A stretch of DNA of 52,473 bases, filler included, from Sphacelaria rigidula (GCA_964200075.2; 4 parts of 4 records of this genome joined end to end with filler, not necessarily neighbours in it), one strand, 5' to 3'. Numbered from the whole stretch's first letter, positions 1 through 13,145 are shown. Notes: a model not told the origin generated them from the sequence alone. Made by a program: numbers and translations.

Positions 1-545
1 AAGAGTCGACTCATAATACTAAAACCAAGTAATTTCCAGACGAATCATTATTTGTCCGACTCTTGAACATGTGTTGACTTTGTAGGAATGTTCTTGTAAA
101 TGGCTCGCGGAAGACAACGACGACTGCTTTCTTTTACAGGATAAGGGGCGGGTATGAGCGTAGTGAAGCGAATCAGTCTCGCCTCCTCTTCGAAGAACAA
201 GTGCCGGGCTCGCTATGGCACAGCGGCAGCTAAGCATCGAAACAGTGAGTTCGTGTCAGCGCTGGTTTGCTCATCTTGGACGTGAAATTGCACGGCGTTT
301 CATATCCTGCGGACTATTTGGAGCTTCAGAGAATCAGGCGCGGCAGCACTTTCGTTGGTGTTGAACACGATACTCAAGCACCTCCAACAGAAAACATATG
401 CGTTTGCAAGCGAATGGCCCTTTGTGCTGGACCTCTCCGTACTATGCTGGGTGTATCATAATCAGCGGGGGGTAGTATACAAGAACATGTCTCGGTCAAC
501 AGGCGTTCCGACTTCAACTTTCTCGACAACTGCATGATGAAATGC

Positions 546-895
546 TAGAGCTCGGAAATGGTTTGTCTAACCATTAACCACTTAAATGGTACATAATGGT
601 TTGGTCATCGAGCGGCGCAGCCGCGAGCCAAACCCGCCCCCCGCCAGAGGAAGCGCCGTGCCGGAGGCACGTTTTTACGCGATTTGGTTTCACTTTAGTG
701 AAGCTAAAAAATGCGTCAAATCTGCGCCAATTTTCAAGGGCTATATGTAGCATACGTAGCCGGTGACGGCTTATAAAGCCGGTAACGGTAAACAATGGCT
801 TGAAACCATCCATCTAAAATTTTCATATAACCATTACCATTACTACCAGTATAATGATAATGGCCAGTTATAACTAGAATCATTTCCGAGCTCTA
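546..895. mobile_element. hAT-type MITE
   Basis: 15-bp TIR TAGAGCTCGGAAATG (546-560) / CATTTCCGAGCTCTA (881-895); 8-bp flanks TGAAATGC / TGAAATAT match 6/8; internal AACCATT/AATGGTT repeats. Confidence 0.7.
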
Positions 896-1800
896 TGAAA
901 TATAGGCTGGGCCAGCTGACAGTGATTTTCGAATGTATTCTGGCCATGCTGTCGGTAATTCGAAGAGGTAGGCGTTGAAATCTCGACACAACGCTTTTAT
1001 CATCACTACGCACAACATTTCTGTGGATGCCAAGAATAATAAAAAAACCAGGAAGTTAGAGCAATTTGAAGTTTCTGAAAAAACTAGAAAAATGCTGAAA
1101 CTCCGTGAAAAAATAAATAAATACGGAGACACCCCCAGAAATGTTGTGCGTCCTTGTGTGGAGGAGAGCATGGTACAATTTCGGCCAAATACCTCAGAAA
1201 TTTGGCACAGCATTCAATTTTTCGAGTGGTACAGCTGCGCCCCGGTGGTCAAACTGGTAGTACCGCCTCTTATTACAGACGTCACGAGTTCGAATTCCGA
1301 CACGACCATCTTGTTTTTGCGCATAATTTGGCATAGCGCCTTGCATTTGGGGGGTGTATAGCGCAGGTTGGGGTAGAACTTCTCCCTCTTACGGTGGTAA
1401 ATGACCGTCGGCTTGGAGCTTCTCTCTCATGATGGAGCTGTTGACAACCTTGATGCCATCTTGCAGCACTACTCGTACCAGTGTGCTTTTGCTTGCGCAT
1501 ATCGAGTCTTCGCGTGCCTGTGCGGCGCAATTCCCTGCCGTAGTTCCACCGCATTTCGTGAGACGAAACGTCTCCAGACACGCTGTCACGCAAGGCGTTC
1601 CCGGTACTCAATGCAGTACAATAACATCATCGCCAAAACTTCGCCAATCGACCAGCGGCGGTGCCGTGCATTACCAGGTTCAAGTCGAGCTGATTTGGTA
1701 AACTTGACGAGTTATGGTGGGACATGCAAATGCGGGATGTACTGCTTGCCCAGCTCGTACCGGTTAGGGTTAGGGATAGGGATAGGTTTAACTAACCCTC

Positions 1801-2350
1801 CAAGGTTGTGTTCTTTAGGGAGCGGTTTTCTTTGTACCCGGGTTATTTTCCCGGGTATTCACGGTACCCGCCATACCCAGCAGACTTTCATACCCTTACC
1901 CGATAGTTCTGTGAGTTCTGTAACCCTCTCGTACCGTTACCGGGGGCACTGGTATGCCCTTGATAAGATACCCCATTGGGGGTACGGTTTTCTGTTCAGC
2001 CTCCACACCATGCCCGACAGTTTCTGTGAGTTTTGTACGCCTTCCACACCCTTACCCGACAGTTCTGTGAGTTCTGTGGATACTGTTTGCCCGTACCCGG
2101 AGCACGGGAATGCTCTTGAAGAAATACCCGATTGCTGGTACGGTTTTCTGTAAGCCTCCCAAACCGTGCCCAACAGGTTCTGTAATCTCTGTTGTAGGAC
2201 TTTCAAACCGGTACCCGACATTTTTGTATTTTTTGTAAGACTTAGTACCGGTACCCGATGTTTCTGTAAGTTATGTGAGGAATCCCATACCCTGCATAAC
2301 ATACCCGTACCCTACAGAGCACAACCTTGAACCCTACAGAACACAACCTT
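1801..2350. mobile_element. MITE with internal direct repeats, probably hAT-like
   Basis: TIR CAAGGTTGTGTTCTTTAGGG (1801-1820) vs CCCTACAGAGCACAACCTTG (2310-2329), with a second right-TIR copy at 2332-2350. Internal repeat CCCTTACCCGAYAGTTCTGTGAGTTCTG occurs twice, plus many GTACCCG motifs. Confidence 0.65.
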
Positions 2351-3049
2351 AAAAACATCTATTCAGGCTGCTTTCTCAGACGCCCCGAACCTGCGGATTA
2401 TTGACGATTGATGATCCTCAGGCAGCAAAAAAAAAAATCGAACTTATAAAGGGGCAGGGTGATATCCCCCGTCATTACGTGCTTGTGCCTTTGCAGGGCG
2501 GTGGTATCCACCACACGAACCTGTTCAACCGGTGAAACACCTTTGATTATCCAGCACTCGCGTTGCACGTCCAACTACCGATTGGTATTTTCCCATTTTC
2601 CCATAGGTATCACAAGCTTCTGTTGCAGGCCGCCACACCAGCGCATCTTTACGGTATTCCACGAGCGCGGTGGCAGAGCACCTCGACTGCCGAAGAAGAG
2701 AAAGTTTGATGAAGATATGGCAGCTGTGCTGAGTGTGGTGTTCGAGCAAAGACTCACATCGTCTGAATAGCCCATGGCCTCCCTGGCTCGCTTTGAGTAT
2801 GGCAGTGGCGCAGGGCCAGGGCCAGCAGTCCACTTGATATCCATTGCAAGGCGAAGGGAGGAGTACAAATTGGTCAAGAGTCGGTTCAACGATTTGAAAA
2901 AAAGATATTTTTCTTGCTCAGGCGGACGGTCAAGTTCCATCGCTCAGACCCGTGATCCATTAACAAACAATGCGTCCGTCCGTCAATTTCAACATTGGGA
3001 GTTTTCACGGAGGGGAGCAGGTATATACTATCACCTGATGCCATTGTTT

Positions 3050-3516
3050 CAAGGGCAGGTCGAGTAGAGTATGCATTTTTGACTACTCGAGTAAAGTACT
3101 CAGATATTTACTCTACTTGACGTTTGAGTAGGTAGAGTACGGCCTCAAATACTCTGCTCAAATTTCAAGTACGTTGAGTACGGCCTCCAATGATACTCAG
3201 ATTTTGAGGAAGCACTCTAAGTAATACTTGAGTATAGAGTATCACTTGAGTATGACCTCCTCTCCTCAAATTTTGAGTACGTTGAGTACGCGGCCTCAAA
3301 CACTCTTTACTCAAAAAAATTGAGTAAGCATTCTCAGTAATAATACTTGAGTATATATTATTACTCGAGTATGACCTCACTCAATACTCTGCTCGAACAA
3401 TTAATAATAAGTGGGTTGGGTACGATCGCAAATACTCTACTCAAACTTTGAGAACTAAAATTATATGGCTCTTAAAAAATAAATACTGAGTATTGAGTAT
3501 ACTCGACCTACCCTTG
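3050..3516. mobile_element. hAT-type MITE with perfect 8-bp TSD
   Basis: TIR CAAGGGCAGGTCGAGTA / TACTCGACCTACCCTTG; TSD CATTGTTT at 3042-3049 and 3517-3524; interior packed with GAGTA/TACTC motifs. Confidence 0.85.
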
Positions 3517-3680
3517 CATTGTTTCATCGTACGCTATATATCAATCAATTCTTGAATACAGCGAGGATGTCCACCCAAATATAACGAAACTGAAAGGTAT
3601 AGACTATGAACATTGTTTTCGTGAGATTGAGAGTAGATGATACGATTGAGAGTGAAAAGCGGTCAATCAGTGAATGAATC

Positions 3681-3690
3681 NNNNNNNNNN
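3681..3690. other. 10-N scaffold gap inside contig 1
   Basis: Run of 10 N. Confidence 0.95.
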
Positions 3691-4483
3691 TCTGCAATAG
3701 CTGGCCACTGAGGCCCTTGATATCCCTGAGTAGGATATCGACGTGTAGCTGTAAGCACACGCAAGACGTGTTGTTGGGCATCATTGTGTGTGAAAAAATC
3801 CCAGATCATGTGCACGATAGAATAATTTGGTGACAGCAGAATTTTAGAGGATTGTTCACAATCTGTTTTCATCTTTCGGGCACGTCAGTCAACGCTAATT
3901 ATCTCAACCCCGAGCTTGCTTCGGACACGACAACACTCGACTTTCACAAGAAGAGCGTTTTCACCTACATGAGATAATAGAGCTCCAACTCCTCTCCTGA
4001 CATGTTTCAAATAGTATTTCTTTGTACGCGCCACTAATTATAATTTTGAGTTGAAGCCTTCTAGGAACATGAATGTGGTGAACCTGTCAGATCGGCAGAA
4101 AAAATCGACCGCACTTTTTCGATCGACAAAAAAAGTGTCAAAACACGCCCTCACTCTTGGAAACAGGCCATTCACAGCCGGTCAAGCGCCAAAACCCCAT
4201 ATGTGCTTCAAGCCGGCCCAGCTCGTATGTTCGCACTATTTATTTTGTTTGAAGCCGAGCTGAGATTCTGCATGGACACACAAGCTGCCGTGTGTGATGC
4301 GAACGCCGGTCGAACAGCTGTGTCGAGGACGAGCCAAAATTCACAATGGTACGAGACAGAATAGACCACAACAAAACTGGCGAACGAACCGCGGACTAGC
4401 TACAAGAAGAGCCGAAAAATCCTTCGAATCCTGTGTACCGCCACTGAAAGCATTACATAATTTCTAGCGAGCGATTTTTTTCC

Positions 4484-4695
4484 TGACGAGGATGATCAAC
4501 GCTGTGCCGGGAGTGTTGATCCTATCCGCGATACCAAAATGTTTAATACCGGGACGTGTGGAAGAGATGGGTTGAGTGGTGCCACGGTGGGGGTGCACAA
4601 ATATTTTCCGAGGTTCGAACTGTTCGGAGCCCCGTCTCATCCAAAAACATTCAAGTGAGATCGAGAGTCTAGCGTTGATTGAGAGGGGGTTGAAT
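4484..4695 (+). mobile_element. 5'-truncated, diverged copy of the tRNA-derived SINE family
   Basis: Shares GGGAGTGTTGATCC..ATCCGCGATACCAAAATG..AGAGATGGGTTGA..GAGGGGGTTGAA with the body and tail of the copies at 20395, 24518 and 33721. Confidence 0.45.
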
Positions 4696-7600
4696 TACTC
4701 GCTCCAACTTTACCAATTTTTCATTTCGCGTAGTATGCTCTTTGCCTGGAACGCGTCGGGAGCTTACAGCTACACGTCGATACCCTACTCAGAGATATCA
4801 AAGGCCTCAGTGGCAAGCTACTACAGTACAGAAAGCGTACCAGGCCTTTCATGGAGCCCGGCGGGGTATCTCGGAACTGGAACTACTTCATCAATGCGTT
4901 GACCGCTTCTAGCTCTCAATCGTATGCCATAGTGGTCCTAACTCTCACGAAAACTTTTCTGTGTGTGTGGGCACGCCACGATTAGCGTTCTAGTGGGCCA
5001 AGGGTATCCCGAATGAATTTCAAAACGGGAGTGTCGCTTACCCATATTCTTGGGTATAACTGTGGGAGCACCTGGATGAGAAACATCTGAGCCCACATGG
5101 GCATACTCTACCGTAGCATGAGTCGGTTGATTCCTTGAGAGCACGGGCTCGTCCAGGGAAGAGGAGTGATGGAAGACAGGACGCAAAATAGGAATGGGGA
5201 AAAAGATGCACTGCAGTCGAAAGCCCCTCCATGACAGCTTTCGCGAAACATGGACAGTAGGTTTCACCCCACCACACGAGATGAAAGACAAAAAAAAGCG
5301 TTCCTTAGAAGTGTTTCAGCTTCCGCAACTATACAGTGAGCACGGTTCATAAGACGCAAACATCGACAACCACATCAAATGTACGAGGCAGCCGCAAGAA
5401 CACCTCACCTCGGCGCACAGCAACCAGTACCGTTTCCTTCAAAAATGAGCTTATAACTCCGAAACAATCGTCGCTTTTTCTGACCTCAAAGAAAAGACCG
5501 ACGACCATTATTATTTCCTCACCCTGTTTCCCCTCAATCGCACGGATACTACTTCCAACGGTTCTCACTGCTCCGCTCGTACCCTCACAAAAAACACAAC
5601 TTGCTTCGTTGAAGTAGCATACGGCACATATATCGCACGTTGAACTCATCTCTCCAGCACAGGTACACACGAAACCGGGACTACGGACGGGTCATCAAGT
5701 GTGTAAAAAATTCCAAGCCTAACTGCCGACAACCCGCCCCTCTTACCGTCCCTTCAATTTTACGCGAAAAAAATCCGTTGATGGGCGGAATTCGGGCCTA
5801 ACTTCTCACCCCAATTTTTGCACTTATTGAAGATCTAGCTATTTTTCACTATCACCATTCCGAATCTAGATAGCTTGACCGAAATCCGTGGCTCATTCTT
5901 CCTGGAAAATTGCACGTTTTCTGCAAAGTCGAGTCCATAGATACTACTCCAGGTTGACCTTTCCTGCCAAATCTGACGTGTCTCTTGCGTCCAAAAATAA
6001 GCTTGTAATGATTTGGGCCTCCGAGTACCTCTCCACTTCCGTGCTATCAATATTATAGGTGACCATACCTGAGCCTTGATTCCCCCCCCCCGCTTTTCCG
6101 ACATTTACTCTGATTGAAAATCTGAGCCTTAGTACCATCCAACTTCGTGGTGGCTGACCGAGAAAGTTGACAACCTAGGTGCTGTCACGGGTCACAGGTC
6201 GTGAGTCAAACAGTCCGATAGAACGAATGTCCAACACCCTCACCAAGCCCCTCCTGCGTTTTGAACAGCAGAAACAGCTCAAGATCAAACTTGAACATTG
6301 TCGTCGATGACCAACGTTAACTGCCACGGTTTCAAACCAATACAGAAACGAGGGACGTATTTGGTTTTAGGGTTCACGAAAAGGGTACAGGTAAACTGGA
6401 CTGAAGAGCCCATCTTACATCCTTCGCTTGTGAATCAAGCAGCACGAAACTCGGAACAAAAGCGGCCATGATTGGGAAACGGTTCCAACATGCTACAAGG
6501 AAGACGAGGGATTCAGTTCGTTTGCCCCCGCAAAAACCAAAAACAAATCCAACACCAATTCAGACGGTAAGTGCGGCGACACTACTACAAAGCTCGTTCT
6601 AGTCGACGTAAAAAAACACATTTTGGCGGCCGCCGTTTGCACGCGTCAAGGGATGTGCCACTGACTCACACTAGCGTGAGTAAATTTCCGCAAGTGCCTT
6701 TTCCAAGGCCTACTAAATCCCACGCCAATCAATCAAATCCCGCGGATAACGTCATACATGATAAGATATCCCTCAGCCCAAATGACGTATGTCATGGCTG
6801 TCCTCCACAACTAACTGGAGGATTTTGAACGAAGGAAATATAGAATCCGACGGGCGCAGAAAGCAACAGAAACAAATCGGAGACACGATGTACCACATTG
6901 GATCGCCGCATGGCACACACTGGAGCAACAAGCAAGCTACGACTTCCAGATTTCAACAGCGCAATGGTTTTCATGCGCACTAGTATTGACACTTCAGCAA
7001 ACACGGCATGTCGCTGAAGGGTTCCCTCTAGTTTGAAAGTAAGGCCTTAGGCGTTCATAGAGATGAGTTTTGCCGCAGAATTAGAGCATTGCCATCAGCA
7101 AATAACAGCATGCTGCAGCGTGCTTGCATCCGGACAAAAATTGCAAGTCCCCCTTTCCCTCCCCAGAATGGCCATCTTGACCGTTTTTTTTTTTTCTCTC
7201 CCCAAATCTCAGAACAGCGGGCCAATTTCCGCAGTGTCAAAAATACAGCATAAAAACGCGAATGCTCGCCGTGAGAGCTGAATTTCCATTTCGGCAAGAT
7301 ATTCCAACGGTTGCCACGTGCCTCGTCATGCATGCCATCTATTCTACAAGAAATAACTACATCTTAAGCAGCCTACATGTAAAACTACCCACTCGTGCAA
7401 ATAATGACCTCAAGACCGACACCCGGGATGAAGCAGCAGCCGCTGGTTGCAACTGTCGAAGGAAGCTGACGAACACCCCTGTCACAAAAACACCCACCCC
7501 CCCTCCCACCTAATCGGACAGTACAACAACATTGACCGACAGGACTTGAAAAATAGCACTCTCCCACACGTGACCCTTTTTCCGAACCCCCTCCCTTCCC

Positions 7601-7743
7601 TACCCACTTACGCGCTGGAAAAATATATGAAGCTACTGACGCGCGGCGTGGGGTGTGTGTCGAGTTGGGCCACAAGCCTGTCGAAAGCTACAAACAGATG
7701 GTACCATGATAGTGATTACGATGAAGGGTACCCGCCCTCGGAT

Positions 7744-10700
7744 CTAGTGGAACTCCTTTTCGCTTGTCCTGGGGAAAAAAAGTCGAGTCAAGACATGGAC
7801 AGACGCGAGATGGGCGGAAGAGCGGGCAGGAAATGGAGGGCATAACGCGGGTGGAGACGCAGGCGTGGACAGAGCGAGGGACGAGTCAAGTGGGATGCAA
7901 AAATATATATATTGTAGTCGAATGAGTCTGATCATGCGAACACTCGAGGCTGGAGACTGAGGACGCCAGAGTGTACGCAGGGATGACTTGTCCGTCTGGT
8001 ATCCACGGGGCGGGATGTACACGTGAAGGATTTCAAACGCTACAGTTCCGCAGCACAAGCTGGTTCCACAAATGTGACCCAGATTAGCACTCGGATTTTG
8101 ACCCGCTATTTCACAAATGTGTCCAGGAGGATAATACAACATTTTGTACTGATATTCCGTTCGTTCCATGGGTATACACGTTACACGTGACGTATTTACG
8201 TGACGCATTCGAAAAAACGTAACTTTGGGCCAATTAACGCTACGCAAGGTTTGATTTTTTGGACGGGACAAATGTAAAGTAAGGTGATGTAACGTGCGGT
8301 CCTTCGCATGAACCTCACCATAGCGTTTTAGGTTCCGAATGTGAAGAAAAACTACGCATTTTTTCGTGATTTTGTAGTATGTCACGGAAAAAAACTACAA
8401 AACAGTTTTTTTTCACCTCTTGGAAATCCCGAGAGACACTGCTTCAAGGTACACACGTTACATCACGTTACGTTACATTTGTCCCGTCCAAAAAATCATA
8501 CCTTACGTGGCGTTAATTGGCCCAAAGTTACGTGTTTCCCGTTTTTTTCAAATGTGTCACGTATGTAACGTGTATTTCCCTGATCTTTTCGACAGTGCAA
8601 TGCAGGCCCCACATGATCAACATACAGAATAACAAGACTTGGAGCGCAACCCACGAGGACCCCGCGCTGATGGAGCGAAAATCACAGGGGGAACACTATC
8701 GCAGGTCGGGACTGTGGAAGGGTTGGACAAATCGTCGCAGGTTCAAATCACCCAACCCTATGATTTCCGAGACATGATTGCTCGGAAAAACGAAAAACGT
8801 TGAACGCGTGTCAAAAATATCCATACGCAAATGTTGCGCTATTCCCACGCGACTGGGATGCAACGCTGAAAAACGAAGCCCAAGGATTATTGCTTCGTAA
8901 GGTACGAATCAACAAGAAAAAATCCAAGTAATTTTCAGACACATCAATATTATTCGTCCGACCTTCGAAACTGTGGGCATCGAGTTGGACCTCATTCGAA
9001 GGGGACCCTCACCATATCCGATTCATACAGGATTGCTTCGTGTCGTACATGAACACCGCAACAGAAGTATCTTCCGGAACGAACATCGTCACCGTGGACC
9101 GAGATGGGTGTCCATAATCTGCGGGTTAATTGACTACATTAGTGACGATGACTCCATCAGGTGTGGTGTAAACCAAGCTAATACAATAAATTTGTTTCGT
9201 CAGTATTTTTCCCTAATCCCAGAAAAGTGGTACCGTTTCGAAGAGAATATGATGATATTCTTCTCCGTCCCGCCGGATAAATCAACGCAAAAAAACACCG
9301 ACATTATGAAGAGTAAAGGTTTCGCCTATAGATACACACAGATATACACACACAACTGCGACAATGAACACACACACACTTACAAGGCGCCATTCATCAT
9401 CCTACCCGTCAAGGTAGCGCCACCTCTTGAAAACTGTGGCAGAGCCTCGAAAATTTTCAAACTGAAATAGCTTAAGCACAAATTACGACGCCTTAACAAA
9501 AACCCTACGCTAAAACCTATATATGTATATTTGCGTCGTTGGTAGCCCACAGGGTGAATGAGAACTCGGCCTTTACCCAAAGAAGAGGCTGCCTCTCAAG
9601 TGGTGACGCTTCCTGTACGTACATTTCCAAGGGTGTGTTGGGTAGGGTGTTTCCCAATTTTTGAAAAATCGTATTCGAAGTACCAAAAAATTCGGGTACA
9701 CTACTAAGATCGTACTCAGCAACACCCGGATATTGGGCAGAGTATTGCTTGCGATCATCCCTCGATATATTGGTCAAGTTTGGATATCGGAGTATCGCAA
9801 CAATTACTTCGGGGAGAATAACATACCAATACATGGGCAGAGTATCGCAACACAAAATTTGGGGAGAGTAAAATACTCGAGTATTTACCCTACCCAGAAG
9901 TGCCGTGGTAGATTCCGTGTTCACATAAACAGCCATCGGTACTCTGCTAAAATAGCCAAAAAAACTCACCATGCCTCCTCCGGTTTTTCCCGCTCGTAGT
10001 AGTCGAACAGGCTGTTGGGGTCCAGCCCCACTAACTTCGATTTCTTGTCCTGCACCATGGCGCTGGTGAACAGCTTCACCAGGTTGAAGTTGGTCAGCAG
10101 GGGAATACCGAAGTCAACCGCCGTACGACGGATGGTGTAGTTGTCCTTCAGGTTCTTGCCGTCGTGCGTGGGTAGGTTGATCACCAGGTCTAGCTTCTTT
10201 TCCCTGATGGTGTCGATGCAGTCGGCTCCTGGGTTCTGTTGGGTTTTTGGTTTGCCGGGATTTACGTCGTCGTTGTTGTTGGTGTGTGTGGTGGAGGAGG
10301 GGGGGGGGGGGGTTCGTGTTGGTTGGGCAAGTTTGAATAACGGAGCGGGGTGGTGGGTTCACGTTAGTATTTGGGGCAAGCATCTGCAATGAACGATGAG
10401 AGGTGCATTCTAGAATAGATGAGACTACGTCTACGACCAGAGAGACAGAGGCAGAGAGAGGATATTGCTTGAGTAGACGTGTTGCCATGATTTGTCACGG
10501 GAAGATACTCTAGCAGGGTACCTAGGCCACGTAAGCAGAAGTACATCTTGTGTGTAAGATTGCAGTTGGCCGAAGCTAAAAGCTGGCAAGGCCACCGCGT
10601 CAGCAATCCTAGCTGAACTGGATGATAGAGCTCCGTTGAAAGCACGTGTGCAGGATTGGTTTTTGTTTCACGGAGGGCTGAGTGCTGTGGTTTGATCTCG

Positions 10701-12148
10701 ATCGCCACCGCTCTCTCCCGAGCTTATTCAGCTTTTCGTCCAGCTCCCAACACAGAAACCAACTTTCTACGAACCCAGGGCTCGTATGAGGATAGCAAAC
10801 AAAAGCGTCCTCAATTCAGGCGGTGCAAGCCGGATTCCAACCATCATCTTCATCAATACTCCTCCGGCAGGTGGGGGCCCAATCCACTCGCACCACTTTT
10901 ACATCGCTAAAAAAAGGATATCCCTCCTCACCCCCGACCCGAAACACTCACGATTTCTCCCGGGAAGCTGAGAAGTGTGGCCTGTACGCCCTTGTCGTGC
11001 AGGTAGCTGTGGGTTGATTCCGTAGCGAAAACGTTGTAGCCCAGCTGAGTCAGGTCGTGCGCTACGGGCACAATGTCGTCCAGCATGGAATCTTGCGCCG
11101 TGAGCAAGATGTTCTTTTGGGGCATCTTGAAGCCGGTTGACAGAAGGGACTGTTTTATCGCGAAAGAGAGTGCAGGTTCAAGGGGAAACGGAGGGGTACA
11201 TATCATGGGAGAAATAGCACATGGTAGCAAGCAAACGAATGAGAAAAAAAATGAGCAACGGAAGACGGAACGATAACGAGATGAAAAATACAAATATATA
11301 TATGTATCTACATACAAAATATACGTACATGAGCGCGGGACGAAAAAACCATCGTTCTCATCTAAAACCCTCTCGTTTTGAGTCGGCTAACAGACACACC
11401 CGCCCATATATCTGTAGGCGCTTACAGAGTTGGAAAGACAGACACATTCTCGCCACCATCACTAGATGAACTTGGCGCGTTGTTGATAGTTTGGTGGTGA
11501 TAACAATCGCCACCGGAACCATTCAAATCAGCTCTAAATACTAAAAAAATCACCCGCTGGGTAAAATACCGAGGCCCCTTGGAACTCTAGATACTGACAC
11601 GAATCGTTTCGACATGTCGAGTACTCCTAAGCGGGATGAACATGTTGGATCTCACTGAGACCTTCGGCCCATGGTAAGCAACAGGACCTTGGAATAACAC
11701 ACCAGGGTCCTTCTAAATATGCACACGACACTTGAAGGTGGAACGTCAACATGTCCTCTACAGGATGTTCGGCAGCTGTTGGTTTTTCCCAGGGTGCGGG
11801 AACTTGTGTTCCTACATCCTCTTTTCAACCAATCAAATCTGGTCGCTGGGATCGCGCACATTGTGACCGACGGAGACGTCTGACACAGGCACGAATGTAT
11901 AGAGCAATAAGAAACAGAGAGAGAGAGAGGGAGACAGAGAGACAGAGGACGAACATTCACGTTTTTTTCGAAGAACCGATAAACGAGTCGTCCATAGGTG
12001 ACGGTTGGAGTACGACACCGAGTGCATGCGGGTACATTCTCCATGGAATATGACGCTTACCTTGAGGAAGGCCTCTTCCTTGTTGACGCCGAAGCACGCC
12101 ACCTCACCGGTGGAAGCCATCTCTACACCCAGCACCGGGTCAGCTCCC
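7744..12148 (-). CDS. CPS1: Carbamoyl-phosphate synthetase, CPS1/urea-cycle-like stand-alone type; last four exons only (5' part off contig)
   Basis: Exons 12148-12061 ([29 protein letters not shown]), 11149-10952 ([16 protein letters not shown]...[14 protein letters not shown]...PGEI), 10235-9970 (NPGAD...LDLVINLP...[26 protein letters not shown]...SLFDYY...EEAW) and 7768-7744 (TSEKEFH*). All GT-AG with consistent phases. The CPS large-subunit motif [15 protein letters not shown] and the MGS-like domain resemble animal CPS1 ([15 protein letters not shown]). The stop follows the MGS domain, so this is not a CAD fusion. Confidence 0.92.
8167..8582. mobile_element. Long-TIR MITE/foldback element in the last CPS intron
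   Basis: About 135-bp inverted arms (8167-8305 vs 8445-8582), e.g. AACTTTGGGCCAATTAACGC / GCGTTAATTGGCCCAAAGTT and TTTTTTGGACGGGACAAATGTAA / TTACATTTGTCCCGTCCAAAAAA. Mirror peptides appear in the ORFs on opposite strands. Confidence 0.8.
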
Positions 12149-13045
12149 CTGCGGTAAACAAAAAAGCAACGTCAATCCGTTACACATGATGGCGAGCACA
12201 GGCAACCCGATCACATTTTGCGAGCAAGCAATGCACTGGGAATCACCTTGGCGACTACACACGAGCGCTGCAATGTTGCAAAGGATGTGTAAGCTCAAGC
12301 CATGCGATAGTCCGGTGAGGTAGGGGGGACGGGACAGGGACGAAACCGCACTGACAATTTCGGGTTTTGGATGATGACGAGAGCACATGGGGATCATTTT
12401 CAAAAACAGTGGTTGATCTTGGAGCTTAGGAGTCTTATTCAAGGGACATTTCTTCCCGATATTCTCGCGACGCTTCACGAGAAATTGGAGTTTTTTCCCC
12501 GACTTGTCTGAAGAACAAATTCTACTTCAACACACCATAGATCATCAGAGAAATCTGTAGTCAGTTTTGAGACATGTGCCCTCACATTTTCCCAACACCG
12601 CATTTTTCCCCTCCGAAACCATCGGAATTTCAGGACAACACGAGACCCTTTAATAATAACCCCCTACCGGCTGTACCGATGTATTTAACGTGAAAGGCTT
12701 CCAACAAGCAGCTCGAGTACCATCGCTTTTGGAGCACCTCTGCCTTGTAGTAAAATGCCATACGAGCTGGGCCAACAGTAATCCCACATTCGACTTTGAC
12801 ACCACAACCTGTCGAGTTTCCCACCTTGACGACGGACGAAGAAAAAAGAGAATCTGTCGGGATTCTAACTCATGATCTCCATAACCAGAGTCTCCTGCAT
12901 CACCTCACGGTTAGGACAAATCATCACAACTGAAAATCACCAAATTCACGATTTCTTCGGCCTGTTCGACCAAAAGGGAGAAAAAGTTGATCGCTGGTCC
13001 AACGGGTGTCCACGTAACTTTCGCGCCATTCCACGTGTCTGGGCT

Positions 13046-13145
13046 NNNNNNNNNNNNNNNNNNNNNNNNNNNNNNNNNNNNNNNNNNNNTTAATTAATTA
13101 ANNNNNNNNNNNNNNNNNNNNNNNNNNNNNNNNNNNNNNNNNNNN
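13046..13145. other. Artificial contig linker (N44-TTAATTAATTAA-N44)
   Basis: Six-frame stop cassette at 13090-13101 flanked by 44 N on each side. Confidence 0.97.

Noticed and set aside
1762-1800. Telomere-like GGTTAGGGTTAGGGATAGGGATAGG
   Set aside because: Only two true TTAGGG units, internal and next to a MITE; not a telomere.
3060-3510. GAGTA/TACTC reiterations as a CRISPR-like array
   Set aside because: No constant repeat with unique spacers; bounded by TIRs and an 8-bp TSD, so it is a MITE.
7769-8385. 213-aa ORF 7744..8385 as an independent gene
   Set aside because: Only its last codons are the CPS terminal exon; the rest is intron and MITE arm.
13090-13101. Palindromic TTAATTAATTAA recurring every ~13.14 kb
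   Set aside because: Synthetic six-frame stop linker embedded in Ns; the periodicity reflects size-sorted contigs.
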